Shown one piece after another: positions 18,885 to 27,940 of a stretch of DNA of 64,000 bases. The notes beneath the pieces are model-generated. The model was not told where the DNA came from. It saw only the letters and a list, made by a program, of their open reading frames with translations, and ran no database searches. Source of the DNA: a virus; the IMG/VR virus record IMGVR_UViG_3300005573_000052. The stretch is one strand, 5' to 3'. The translations under genes were made by a program, and so were the position numbers. Each line of letters opens with the position of its first letter. Position 1 is the first letter of the stretch.

Positions 18885-19519
18885 GGGGAAACAGCGGTTT
18901 TAGCCACCAGCACGACCTTCTTGGTGCTCGCCCGTCCCTTGGCCCGGTGCTCCTCATAGGCCCGCTCGTAATCATCCCTCAACCCCGGTGCGAACAGCCG
19001 CCCCGCCGCACACTCCAGCATATCGGGATCAATGCCATAGGTTTGATGAATGTGAGCCAACTCGGCCCCTGTGACGGTCGCCCAGTCAAGGCTGTCTGCG
19101 ATAGGCTTGGCACGTTCCATATTCTGGGCAAGCTTGGCCTCCTCTGCGCGAATAACGCCTCGGATATCCGGCGCAGTCTTGGCCTGCTCCTCCGCCACTA
19201 GGCAGTGCATGGGTTGATTGTCCCATCGAACCTGTTCACGCGAACGGTTGCACTGGGTGCAGCGAGCTTGCCGGTCAGCATGGAGGAAGTGATGCGGATA
19301 GGAGAGGTTGGGAAACTCCACATCGTGATAAGCGTAGGTGGCACGTTGCACCCCGTCCCACGCCTCCGGGTTAGCCGCCATATGGTCGGCTACGATGGAC
19401 TTGGGAGACCGAGGGGGCGGCGGCGGAAGAGACAAAGGGACAGAAACCGCTCGCGCGGACCGGGCGAAAAAACGACGGATTCGGTTGATGAGGGGATAAA
19501 AGATGGAAAACGGATTCAT
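18881..19519 (-). CDS. hypothetical protein with C-terminal alanyl-tRNA synthetase-like helical segment
   Basis: VTGAELAHIHQTYGIDPD...YERAYEEHRAKGRAS resembles the AlaRS G..AF.LYDTYGFP.D...F...M.EQR..AR segment; ATGA overlap at 19516-19519. Confidence 0.55.
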   Translation of the reverse strand: MNPFSIFYPLINRIRRFFARSARAVSVPLSLPPPPPRSPKSIVADHMAANPEAWDGVQRATYAYHDVEFPNLSYPHHFLHADRQARCTQCNRSREQVRWDNQPMHCLVAEEQAKTAPDIRGVIRAEEAKLAQNMERAKPIADSLDWATVTGAELAHIHQTYGIDPDMLECAAGRLFAPGLRDDYERAYEEHRAKGRASTKKVVLVAKTAVSP

Positions 19520-20325
19520 GAGAGAACGGCAGAAGGTGTTTGGGCGGCAGTTCGGACCAGCTCCTGATACGCCGCGAACGAGAACAGCGGTGAGGACAGG
19601 TGGGGGACCTCGGGCTTGTCGAATGAGGACTTTTCGGCGAGGCACCGCAGAACCATCAGAGCCTTGAAATCGCCCGGTTCCGCATACCTGACACTCTTGA
19701 CCGGCCAGACCTCCGCCAATCCACCACTGTCCTTGACGTAGCCCTGCACGGCGGCGCGAATGAGGGGCGAGAATGGCAGTCCACCCCCATCCACCTCGTC
19801 ACACACCCAGTGCTTGATGCCGGATGGCAACTGGGGAACCACCCGGTTGAAAGTCAGGGTGTTGACGGCGAGGAACGAGGAGAAGAACGGGAGGGCTAGG
19901 ACGAGGTTATCAGTCCACAACTCCCTCACCATCGCCCAGTCCGCGCGGGCGCGCCCATCATAGTGGCCAATGGTGGCTGCACGGGACCACAGGCGCAACA
20001 AGTCGTGATAGCCTTGGGTGTTGCGACAGAACACGCTGATTGCACTCTCGGTCTTGGCGCTGGCCGGGTCCTTCTGGGCGGCGTCGGCACACACGGTCAG
20101 GCGCAAGCCGTAGATGAGCTGGACCTTGGCGGCTTTGGCGGACTTGTAGGCTTGCAAAAAACCATCAATCTTTCTGTCCTCTAGCACGACTTGGGTCAAG
20201 TTGCCTCGTTTAGTCAAGTCAAAGACAGATAACGCCCCACCGGGTTTGCTTTTCTCTGGCTCATCAAGAGTGAGTAATGAGTGTCCACCAATAGAGTAAG
20301 TAGAGGTAAAAACTGGAGTAATCAT
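19516..20325 (-). CDS. stand-alone PHP domain of DNA polymerase III alpha
   Basis: STYSIGGHSLL, QLIYGLRL, FCRNTQGYHDLLRLWSRA, VRYAEPGD correspond to the DnaE N-terminal PHP layout; metal ligands look degenerate. Confidence 0.8.
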   Translation of the reverse strand: MITPVFTSTYSIGGHSLLTLDEPEKSKPGGALSVFDLTKRGNLTQVVLEDRKIDGFLQAYKSAKAAKVQLIYGLRLTVCADAAQKDPASAKTESAISVFCRNTQGYHDLLRLWSRAATIGHYDGRARADWAMVRELWTDNLVLALPFFSSFLAVNTLTFNRVVPQLPSGIKHWVCDEVDGGGLPFSPLIRAAVQGYVKDSGGLAEVWPVKSVRYAEPGDFKALMVLRCLAEKSSFDKPEVPHLSSPLFSFAAYQELVRTAAQTPSAVLS

Positions 20326-21278
20326 AATTTGAGCTTCCATCCGTTAATGGTTCCGCCTGCCAACATAAATTGAAAATAGGTTCCCTGTTGCTTGCACCAT
20401 GCATTAAGATTTGTAATCACGACCTCGTTACCATTTGGGTCAATCATCACCCAATCTTTAACACTGCGCGAGCGATAATGAGAAACGTCCTTTCCGGGTA
20501 TTCTCCACCCTTGAGAAGTTTTGGTTATCCCGGCTAACAGATGATATATCGGCCCAGCTTTCAACCCGTGCTCCTTGCAAAAGGCCCGCAAACCGACTCC
20601 GCGATAGACGGTGCCATCTGGAGACTGCAAACAAAACTCCCTCTTGACGTTATCTTTTCGGTCAGGATGAGTCTTCCACCCTTCATATTCAATCGCTCGA
20701 CCAATAGCTACAGCGTGCAATCGCCCATAGTTTAATCCCATTTCGTGACAAAACGCCTTTAGGTTGACTATCTCCCTTTTGCTCCCGAGGGGGTCGTAAA
20801 GAACATAAGCCTTTGGGCCGCTAAACCCGTTTTGTATGGCTTTCTCTCTTGCTTTCTTTGCTTTCTCACGGTTGTTGGGGTCTGAGAAGTATTTTTTAAG
20901 CCATTCTGATTGGGCTTGTGTCTGTTTTTTTGTTCGTTTCGCTCCAAGCGTCCCTTTTGTTGGCTTCGGAGCGAGATTAAAGCCATATCGGCGGATTGCG
21001 CTTCGATAAGATTTAATCCAATGCTCCTCCCGTTCTAGCAGGTAAGACTCCCCCAATGAAGGGTCTATGTCTTCCACGATTTCGATAGACATTCCTTGGT
21101 CTCCGTATTTATCAAACGCTCGTTGAAGGTAAGAATTATCATGCTTCCCGGCTTCTAATTGGCCAAGATGATGTGTGGCTCGTAAGGGCCAGCGCGCGGT
21201 TGAACCCACGTAAACCTTGGGTGAAGCCATAAAACGGATAACGTAAATGCAAGACGAAAAGGAAGATTGAGAACGCAT
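20322..21278 (-). CDS. GIY-YIG homing endonuclease (free-standing, AT-rich)
   Basis: CIYVIRF...VYVGST..R...H...H.N.YLQRAF..YG...REEHWI...GFNL, followed by repeated DNA-binding modules; GGAGG RBS before ATG 21278. Confidence 0.9.
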   Translation of the reverse strand: MRSQSSFSSCIYVIRFMASPKVYVGSTARWPLRATHHLGQLEAGKHDNSYLQRAFDKYGDQGMSIEIVEDIDPSLGESYLLEREEHWIKSYRSAIRRYGFNLAPKPTKGTLGAKRTKKQTQAQSEWLKKYFSDPNNREKAKKAREKAIQNGFSGPKAYVLYDPLGSKREIVNLKAFCHEMGLNYGRLHAVAIGRAIEYEGWKTHPDRKDNVKREFCLQSPDGTVYRGVGLRAFCKEHGLKAGPIYHLLAGITKTSQGWRIPGKDVSHYRSRSVKDWVMIDPNGNEVVITNLNAWCKQQGTYFQFMLAGGTINGWKLKL

Positions 21279-21333
21279 ACCCTCCAATACACCTAGAGAG
21301 TAGAGGATTTGATACAATCCTACAAAAATCTTC

Positions 21334-21429
21334 ACCCGCCTTTTCCTTGCCGGGCTCGTCAAGGTTGAGCAGAGACGCGCCTCCGATGCTGTAGGTGCTG
21401 GTGAAGACGGGGGTGACGGAGGATGTCAT
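21334..21429 (-). pseudogene. orphaned original 5' end of the PHP gene
   Basis: MTSSVTPVFTSTYSIGGASLLNLDEPGKEKAG matches the PHP N-terminus at 22/27 positions, then homology stops at the endonuclease cassette. Confidence 0.85.
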
Positions 21430-21749
21430 GGAGAGTTGTCCTGAAGAATCCGCACCGCGCCGCGCATGGTGGACAGGGCTGTTTCGGCGTCCCTAATCTG
21501 GGCAAACAACTCGTCCAGTGAGAAGGTAGGACGCGAACCAAGCGCGGAAAAGTAGACCTCGCCCGAATCGGTGATGGTGAAGCGACCAAGGCAATTATAC
21601 ATGCCGAAAAGGTCAAGACCGCGACGGCCAAGGTGATAACCCGAATCGGTTTTCACCATAACCCGTTCGCAGTTCGCGCGGATAGATTCGAGGATGGCGG
21701 GGTCAATGTCGGCAGTGGTCATCATACCAGTGAATCCGTTCCCACCCAC
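21426..21749 (-). CDS. hypothetical protein
   Basis: ORF track; ATGA overlap. Confidence 0.65.
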   Translation of the reverse strand: MGGNGFTGMMTTADIDPAILESIRANCERVMVKTDSGYHLGRRGLDLFGMYNCLGRFTITDSGEVYFSALGSRPTFSLDELFAQIRDAETALSTMRGAVRILQDNSP

Positions 21750-22738
21750 CCCAGTACCTCGTCATACTGTTTCTTGATCTCAGGTGGCACGAGGGCGAAA
21801 ATAGCGTCATAACTCCACTCACCATCCCTGAACACGCGCCCGTCGCCGTCCCAGTCGGTAATACTGGGCTCGATGGCCGCGACGATGCTACGATCAACAT
21901 CCGTCTCGACTGAAAACCCGTTGAGCCCGGCTTCGGCCAGTGACGGGCCATCTGCCCAACTGCACCGGTTGAGGTAGAGGTAGTGGGCGAGGCGAAGGTG
22001 ACGGTTGAGACTTAGAACATGGTCAAGCACGTCGTGCGGAGTGGCGGTCACGGGCAATCCGTAGCGCCCTTGATAGACACCCAGCAGCCGGACCTTTTCG
22101 GTCTTCGCAGCCTCCTCGTCCGCCTTGCGCTTTGCCTCCGCCTCTTCGGCGCGCTTGCAGGTGACGTAGGTCTGGATGTCGGCCAAGAACCGCTTGTAGT
22201 CGGACTCAACCGATGCATAACCGTCATCGGTGCGAATCTCACGCTGGATATCGTCTATCCAGCCCGCGTTAACCGAGTAGCTTCGCTGGGTTCGGGCGCG
22301 CCCCGTGGCTCCGTAGTCTCTCTTGGTCCACTTGGACGGCATCTTGATAGACCCCATCAGCGCGGTCAGGGCGGCAATCAAGCGCTGGTTGGATTCGATG
22401 GCGGGGACGTTCTTGGCGTGAATCTCCTCCGCCTTAGCCTTCATCTCCTCGGCTAGCTTCTTGCAATACGCCTCGACTTGGTCGGCGGTCCGCTTAGACC
22501 CATAACGGCGTTCATAGTCACTGCCGCCGTAGTAGTAGCTCTCGTAATCCGAGATGGAGATTTGACGACGCCCAAAGCCGTTGCACTGCTCGACTGGTTG
22601 GATGGGCGGGTAGTTGTTGACCGCGACGGTCTCAATCCGCTTATACTCAGCCTCAGTCTTGGTCAGGGCCTCGTTCAACACTTCGCGCAGACGGTCAGTC
22701 GGAGATTCCTTGGAGGAGGAGACGGATAGGTAGGGCAT
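21722..22738 (-). CDS. hypothetical protein (coiled-coil rich)
   Basis: 338-aa ORF 7 nt behind a promoter. Confidence 0.8.
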   Translation of the reverse strand: MPYLSVSSSKESPTDRLREVLNEALTKTEAEYKRIETVAVNNYPPIQPVEQCNGFGRRQISISDYESYYYGGSDYERRYGSKRTADQVEAYCKKLAEEMKAKAEEIHAKNVPAIESNQRLIAALTALMGSIKMPSKWTKRDYGATGRARTQRSYSVNAGWIDDIQREIRTDDGYASVESDYKRFLADIQTYVTCKRAEEAEAKRKADEEAAKTEKVRLLGVYQGRYGLPVTATPHDVLDHVLSLNRHLRLAHYLYLNRCSWADGPSLAEAGLNGFSVETDVDRSIVAAIEPSITDWDGDGRVFRDGEWSYDAIFALVPPEIKKQYDEVLGWVGTDSLV

Positions 22739-22745
22739 GGGGAGG

Positions 22746-22775
22746 AGGATAGCAGAGTTGGGGCGCGCCTGTCAA
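22746..22775 (-). promoter_or_regulatory. leaderless-type promoter with upstream TTTCGCGC
   Basis: TTTCGCGC-TTGACA-N18-TATCCT-N7-ATG. Confidence 0.7.
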
Positions 22776-23242
22776 GCGCGAAACACATCCCCCGCATATC
22801 GCGTGCCCGCCTCGTGAGCCGACATGCGCTCGCCCTTGTAGGTCGGAACCCCGCCAAGCCGCGTGACAAGATTGAAATGGCGAACGGCTTGCCCCTTGGC
22901 CGACCCGACACACCTCGTGCACACCAGTCTGCCGGGACTTAACTCGTGCAGTATGACAGGGACCGAAGCCGATTCGTAGGCGTAGCCCATGCCTTGGCGG
23001 TAGTGGCTCTTGCCGCAGTGCGCGCAGATGGGGTAACGGCTGAGCTTCTTGCGGTCGATGGGGCGGAGAAACACGTTACCGGCGGCGATATCACCCGGTT
23101 GAATAACGTCGTAGCGAGCCGTGGACCAGCCGGTCGCGGGCCTGCGCCAGTTACGCCAAGCCAAGTCGCCCGGTTTGCACTGGGTGCCTACACGAGTAAG
23201 CGGGCGGTAACCTTGGGGGACTGGGGGAGGGGTGCGGTTCAT
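22772..23242 (-). CDS. hypothetical protein with Zn-finger-like CxxC pairs
   Basis: CAHC and CTRC. Confidence 0.6.
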   Translation of the reverse strand: MNRTPPPVPQGYRPLTRVGTQCKPGDLAWRNWRRPATGWSTARYDVIQPGDIAAGNVFLRPIDRKKLSRYPICAHCGKSHYRQGMGYAYESASVPVILHELSPGRLVCTRCVGSAKGQAVRHFNLVTRLGGVPTYKGERMSAHEAGTRYAGDVFRA

Positions 23243-23571
23243 GCCTTGGCCTCCGTAAACCGCTCGGCCAGCTTGGTCAGCGTGGCGCGCAATGACACTA
23301 CCTCAGGATGGTCCTTGAGACCCTCGCTCTCCAGCTTGCGCAGAAACTCAACCGATTCCTCAACCGCCTGAACCATGAACGGCGAGAGCACCTTGATGAC
23401 CCCACGCAGCCTCAGCACCTCAGCCAAGTCGCCCACGACCGGGTCGGGGACAGCGGGTAGTTTGGCGGCTATCCGGTCCGCGCGAATCTGGGCATCCGCC
23501 TGACGCGGCGGCTTGACGGGCGGCATGGGCACCTTGGCGCAAGTGCGAGGAAGATGATCGAAGTCGCTCAT
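23239..23571 (-). CDS. hypothetical protein
   Basis: Overlap-coupled ORF. Confidence 0.65.
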   Translation of the reverse strand: MSDFDHLPRTCAKVPMPPVKPPRQADAQIRADRIAAKLPAVPDPVVGDLAEVLRLRGVIKVLSPFMVQAVEESVEFLRKLESEGLKDHPEVVSLRATLTKLAERFTEAKA

Positions 23572-23849
23572 TGCTCAATTGTCTCCTCCGTGCCTAACCG
23601 GGCAATCACCTCACGCACTCGGGCAAGCTGCCTCTCCAGTTCGACCTCCTGTTCCCGGTAATTCTTCAGTATCTCCTTTAGGGCTTCGTCCATGGTTAGA
23701 TGGCACGAATAACCGGACGCACGCAAGGGAAACGCGCATTCGACAATGGTTTCATTGCCTCGGGCGTAAGCGAAAGTATCATCAACCCGGGAAACAATTA
23801 GCTCTTGGGGGTTAGGGTCGAGTCGGGAAACCCGATAAAGCGTTATCAT
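23568..23849 (-). CDS. hypothetical protein
   Basis: ATGA overlap at 23846-23849. Confidence 0.6.
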   Translation of the reverse strand: MITLYRVSRLDPNPQELIVSRVDDTFAYARGNETIVECAFPLRASGYSCHLTMDEALKEILKNYREQEVELERQLARVREVIARLGTEETIEQ

Positions 23850-24400
23850 ACCCACTCCTCCCTCACCGTCCCCGCCGGTTTCCATGTCTTGCCTTGGTCA
23901 ACCGAGCACTCCATCGCATCCATTACGTAGGAGTAGTCAAGGAACTCATTGTCTCTTGCATCGACCCGAAATCCACCATAAGCCACGCTGGTAATGAGAT
24001 AGGAGGCGCTGGGATGATCTTTCCATCTGACCCAACCACCCAATGGGGCAGTTTCAGCCGTCCACGGTTTGACCCGACGCCTGCTCAGCTCATCCACAAA
24101 CGGTTTGACCACACGGTCGCGGACAATCTCCCGGGTAAAATTACCCATAATGTGCTTGAATTCCTTGTCGGCCGGGACAGAGGGGAGGGGCATCCAGTAA
24201 AGGGGTTCCGATCCACCATCTGTAAAATGGTCGTGGGCATGATCGCGCCAAGTGCCTTCTACCCAGCAACACGCCTGATAGCGCAGCGGGGTAGAAGTGT
24301 AGCCCGACTCGCCCGCGACAAGGATATAAGTGCCGTCGCGCGGCGCAGTGGCGATGGGTTGGAGGACGGGGGTGAGGATCGGGGCGGATGAGGAGGACAT
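23846..24400 (-). CDS. DUF551-like phage protein
   Basis: LQPIATAPRDGTYIL...PLYWMPLP. Confidence 0.65.
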   Translation of the reverse strand: MSSSSAPILTPVLQPIATAPRDGTYILVAGESGYTSTPLRYQACCWVEGTWRDHAHDHFTDGGSEPLYWMPLPSVPADKEFKHIMGNFTREIVRDRVVKPFVDELSRRRVKPWTAETAPLGGWVRWKDHPSASYLITSVAYGGFRVDARDNEFLDYSYVMDAMECSVDQGKTWKPAGTVREEWV

Positions 24401-24407
24401 GGGTGGC

Positions 24408-24437
24408 ATCATAGCCCAGTTACCCCACGCTTGTCAA
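24408..24437 (-). promoter_or_regulatory. leaderless-type promoter with upstream TTTCGCGC
   Basis: TTTCGCGC-TTGACA-N10-AACTGGGC-TATGAT-N7-ATG. Confidence 0.7.
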
Positions 24438-24464
24438 GCGCGAAATGCGCCCGGTCCGCGCGGC

Positions 24465-24734
24465 TCAGTTCTCCCGCGCCCCGTGCAACGCCTTGGCCGT
24501 TTCGCGCGGACTATCGGCGATCAACCGACCTGTTAACTTGCCCACGCCCACCGCAACCAAATCGGCCAACTCAGTAGTGCGACCCTCATCAACCAGCCGG
24601 TTGACAAAGGATGTGGTCTTGAGCCAATGGCCCCGGTCCTTGATATACAGGATGGACTCGCTCGCGCGGACGGGGTATTCGCGACCGGCGAGGAAGATGG
24701 TGGGAGGACTAGACTGGGAGGTCTTGGTTGACAT
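24465..24734 (-). CDS. hypothetical protein
   Basis: ORF track. Confidence 0.55.
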   Translation of the reverse strand: MSTKTSQSSPPTIFLAGREYPVRASESILYIKDRGHWLKTTSFVNRLVDEGRTTELADLVAVGVGKLTGRLIADSPRETAKALHGAREN

Positions 24735-24985
24735 CAGCGGGACTCGCTAACCTCGGAAAACAGAGGAGGAAGCCATCCGCCCCCACCCCGGATAAAAGCC
24801 GCCTCGGTCTGCTCGGGCAGTTCTGCGTCACACCCATCCGCGCCCATTCCAATGCGCCGACGTGACACGATGCCGACGCGGCAGGTTTCGGCGGGGATGG
24901 TGTGGTAGATGTCGCCCCGTGGGGTCCTCAGTGGATAGGGGGCAAATTCAACGAGGAAGGCGGAGGAGGTTTGTGAAGTGGGCAT
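24734..24985 (-). CDS. hypothetical protein
   Basis: ORF track. Confidence 0.55.
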   Translation of the reverse strand: MPTSQTSSAFLVEFAPYPLRTPRGDIYHTIPAETCRVGIVSRRRIGMGADGCDAELPEQTEAAFIRGGGGWLPPLFSEVSESR

Positions 24986-24991
24986 GGAAAA

Positions 24992-25255
24992 TCAGTTGTC
25001 GTCCGACTCAGGCCCATAGATGTAGTCAAGGATGCGCCGCGCCATCCAGTTCTGGACCGTGCCGGTCAGAGTCTGCTCCCGGTGCAAGTATACCGCCACG
25101 ATTTGATCGCGGCCATAGAGTGCCCAAAGCAAATGGCTCCACCACTGATAGGCCTTGGCAGAAACAAAAGTTCCAATTGAGCACTCGTTATACCGGTAAC
25201 GCTGATAACCGTGCAGGTTGGGACTGGCGGGGTCGAAGATGCGAGAGTCAGACAT
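24992..25255 (-). CDS. hypothetical protein
   Basis: Downstream of the promoter at 25275-25304. Confidence 0.6.
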   Translation of the reverse strand: MSDSRIFDPASPNLHGYQRYRYNECSIGTFVSAKAYQWWSHLLWALYGRDQIVAVYLHREQTLTGTVQNWMARRILDYIYGPESDDN

Positions 25256-25274
25256 GGGGTTGGGAGACAGGTCC

Positions 25275-25304
25275 ATCATAGGAGGATTGGGGTGAGAATG
25301 TCAA
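25275..25304 (-). promoter_or_regulatory. sigma70-like promoter
   Basis: TTGACA-N18-TATGAT. Confidence 0.65.
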
Positions 25305-26287
25305 GTCGCCGGTTCGCGCCAACGGAGGGTGCACCCCTTGTGTGCCCGCTCCACCACCCGTTCACCCGGTTTCAGGGCCTTGTTCGCGGCTTCGGGACTC
25401 AGGTGAGAGGAGACAGGGGTGAGTCCCTCGGGGTCGGTGGGGGCTAGGACGACCCAGTATGGGTGCGGTGCATAGTGGGAGCACACCCGTTGGCAGAAGC
25501 CCAAGTCAGAGCACGGCGACACGTAGGCGTCATCCAGTCCGAAAGTCTTGAGCCGCTGGGACATGGAACATAGATAGGCCTCCAACCCGGCGAGAACCTC
25601 GGGCGACGAAGGCTCAACCACCATCAAGTGCTTCTCCGGGGTCCGTTTAGTTGGTCCATGCCTCAGATAGACAAACTCGACCCGGGCGAGCTTGCAAAAA
25701 TGCTTCCAGACGTAAAGTTGATACACCATCCCCTGAATGGAATTGACGGTGTCGGCTACGGTGGGCTTGGACCCGGCCGACTTGAAGTCCCGTATCACCA
25801 TGATATCGCCCTCCTCCGCCATGTCGTCAATGAAGCCACGCACGATGGTGCCGTCCTCCAGCACGAGATTGAACTCGTGTTCCGGGCCGTGGGTGATAGG
25901 CTCCCCCGTCTTCTCGTCCTTGTTCGCGCCGGTCCAGTGGAAGTCGATGCAGAGGAGGCCGACATAGAGCATGCCATCCAACTCGTCAATCAGCTTCTGC
26001 TCGATGCCATGTTTGTCCTGCCACATGCGCACAAGGCGCGCGACGGCGGGAGAGGCCCGGTGGTTCACACTGGTCTTGGGTGCAGTGATGGTATCGAAGT
26101 GGTGGCGGTGACGGGGGTGGCGGAGACACTCAAAGATGGAGTGGCAAAGGCTGCCCATCACGGTCTTGGCCCACGTCTTCTCGGGCAGCTTGAGCACCCG
26201 GGAGTAGTAGAACGCCAAGGAGCAGTCAATGAGCGCGCGAACGGACGACGCGCTGAGGCGGGAATAGGAGGGGGCGGGAGTGCTCAT
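25301..26287 (-). CDS. PD-(D/E)XK RecB/Cas4-like exonuclease
   Basis: LSASSV...C...FYY, G..CH, RGFIDD, IRDFKS, Q..VY, C-terminal C..C..C. Confidence 0.85.
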   Translation of the reverse strand: MSTPAPSYSRLSASSVRALIDCSLAFYYSRVLKLPEKTWAKTVMGSLCHSIFECLRHPRHRHHFDTITAPKTSVNHRASPAVARLVRMWQDKHGIEQKLIDELDGMLYVGLLCIDFHWTGANKDEKTGEPITHGPEHEFNLVLEDGTIVRGFIDDMAEEGDIMVIRDFKSAGSKPTVADTVNSIQGMVYQLYVWKHFCKLARVEFVYLRHGPTKRTPEKHLMVVEPSSPEVLAGLEAYLCSMSQRLKTFGLDDAYVSPCSDLGFCQRVCSHYAPHPYWVVLAPTDPEGLTPVSSHLSPEAANKALKPGERVVERAHKGCTLRWREPAT

Positions 26288-26637
26288 GACTCGTCCTCCT
26301 GCTCCAACTCCAACAGCTCCACCGTCTGTCCCCGCAACTCGTGAGTGCAGTCGTCAAGGAACTGGACTATGCCGTCATTGAGCCAGACGTGGCAGACTAT
26401 CTCCGCTCCGCCCTCTCCATGCGTTGTTGTCTTGATGGACGGTTTGAGGGTAGGTTTATCCACGTCGCCGTTCCAAGTCCAGTTGGGTGTTCCGGCTCTG
26501 CTACCCCCAATCATCACGGGGAGGAGCAGCGTGCCTACGGGGCCGGGCAAGCGAAACTTGAGATGAGTGGCCACGGCGGGTTCACACGGGGTGAACGTGG
26601 AGTCGGCGTCCGACCAGAGATAGGGGCGGGATTTCAT
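26284..26637 (-). CDS. conserved hypothetical protein (DUF6527-like)
   Basis: WTWNGDVDKPTLKPSI...CHVWLNDGIVQFLDDCTHELRGQTV. Confidence 0.7.
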   Translation of the reverse strand: MKSRPYLWSDADSTFTPCEPAVATHLKFRLPGPVGTLLLPVMIGGSRAGTPNWTWNGDVDKPTLKPSIKTTTHGEGGAEIVCHVWLNDGIVQFLDDCTHELRGQTVELLELEQEDES

Positions 26638-26960
26638 GATTTGGCGGGGTTGCTGCCCCACAGTCCGTGCTTGGCCACGCGACGTTTTGGAGATGAAGTT
26701 CGGAATATCCAGCTCCAGAGGGTATACCCCGCTTGGTGCCACCGCTCCGCGTAATAGCGTTCCACCATGCGCCAGAGAGGGGGGTGCCACGCATATCCGT
26801 TACCAGTGTCCCAAGTGCCGCCGATGAAAAAAACAAGCCCGGCGGGTAGACACCACTGGGTCTTGCTTCGAGTGCGATGTGGGAAATTGCGACGGAAAAA
26901 CACCTTGGTTCGGAACCAAGGCTCGGGAGGCAAGAGAGGATGGGGCTGTGGGTAGGACAT
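26634..26960 (-). CDS. hypothetical protein
   Basis: ATGA overlap. Confidence 0.55.
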   Translation of the reverse strand: MSYPQPHPLLPPEPWFRTKVFFRRNFPHRTRSKTQWCLPAGLVFFIGGTWDTGNGYAWHPPLWRMVERYYAERWHQAGYTLWSWIFRTSSPKRRVAKHGLWGSNPAKS

Positions 26961-26971
26961 GATGAGGAAAA

Positions 26972-27937
26972 TCAGGTAATGGGTGTAGTCATCCGCGCCA
27001 CAAAGTCGCGCAATTCGTCAGGGTTCTTCTGGTGGACCAAGTTCCAGTCCTTGAACGACTTGGGCAGGTCTATGATGACCCGGTCCTCGCCAAAATAGGG
27101 GACCAGTTTGGCTCGCAACCGATTCGCGGCGAGATTACCCTCGTCTTTGGGCTTACCGGTCTTGGGGTTGACCGTCAGCGCATCGTTGTTGGTGGAGATA
27201 ACCAGTTGGCGTGGATTGAGGGCGACCAACTTGCCAATGATGCGGCTGTTGAGGTTGAGGCCGAAAAGAAGGAGCCAGTTCCACATGCCACACGAAGCCC
27301 ACGATAATCCGTCTCCGGTCCCCTCAGTGAAAACCACCCGCCCGGTGCGCCGAATCTCGGCCTCGGCCTGTGCGAACGGGTAGATGGCACGGCTAGACCG
27401 GACAAGATGCTTGTGTTTGGGGCGGAACGAGTTCTCCTCGGTGTTGCGACCCGTCCACCCCATGATGCGCCCAGCCTCGTCGCGCACGGGAAAGACGAAA
27501 TAGCCCGACAACTTGTTGAATGGGGTAGCCGGGACAAGCCCGCCCTCAAGCCTCCTGAGCACGTCCTCACTGACCCCGCGCCCGGTCCAATAGCGATAGT
27601 CGGGCAGGAGCTTCTTGAGCGAGTCCTCCGGGTAGACCTTGTCCACGTCAAGACGGGGTTCGGGGTCCACGATCTGGATTTCCAAGCTGGCCAGCGTGGG
27701 CGAGTCAATCCCATCGTAGATGAAAGCCCTGATAGCTTGGTTGTGGGTTGATATTTCGCCGGGCGTCTTGCGGAACTTCGCGCACGAAAAAGCCGAGGTA
27801 GCGCGCCAGATTTTCAAATGGTCGCGATTAGAGTCGCAGCCTTCGGAACGGCAGATCGGGCAAGCGGCAGTCCAACCGTCAGCCGTGGGCTTCAGGTTCT
27901 CCAGCCGGGAAACGAGGAGGTCTTGGAGGGAGGCCAT
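26972..27937 (-). CDS. dnaG: DNA primase (Zn-binding + TOPRIM)
   Basis: CPIC, FPVRD..GRIMGWTGR, VFTEGTGD, NDA...GN.AA, KDWN. Confidence 0.85.
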   Translation of the reverse strand: MASLQDLLVSRLENLKPTADGWTAACPICRSEGCDSNRDHLKIWRATSAFSCAKFRKTPGEISTHNQAIRAFIYDGIDSPTLASLEIQIVDPEPRLDVDKVYPEDSLKKLLPDYRYWTGRGVSEDVLRRLEGGLVPATPFNKLSGYFVFPVRDEAGRIMGWTGRNTEENSFRPKHKHLVRSSRAIYPFAQAEAEIRRTGRVVFTEGTGDGLSWASCGMWNWLLLFGLNLNSRIIGKLVALNPRQLVISTNNDALTVNPKTGKPKDEGNLAANRLRAKLVPYFGEDRVIIDLPKSFKDWNLVHQKNPDELRDFVARMTTPIT

Positions 27938-27940
27938 GGG

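Noticed and set aside
20322-21429. Group I intron in the PHP gene
   Set aside because: The endonuclease ORF fills nearly the whole insert, leaving no room for a ribozyme core, and the downstream gene has its own complete N-terminus.
25301-26287. Cas4 with a CRISPR array
   Set aside because: No repeat-spacer array or other cas genes seen; replication context fits a RecB-like exonuclease.
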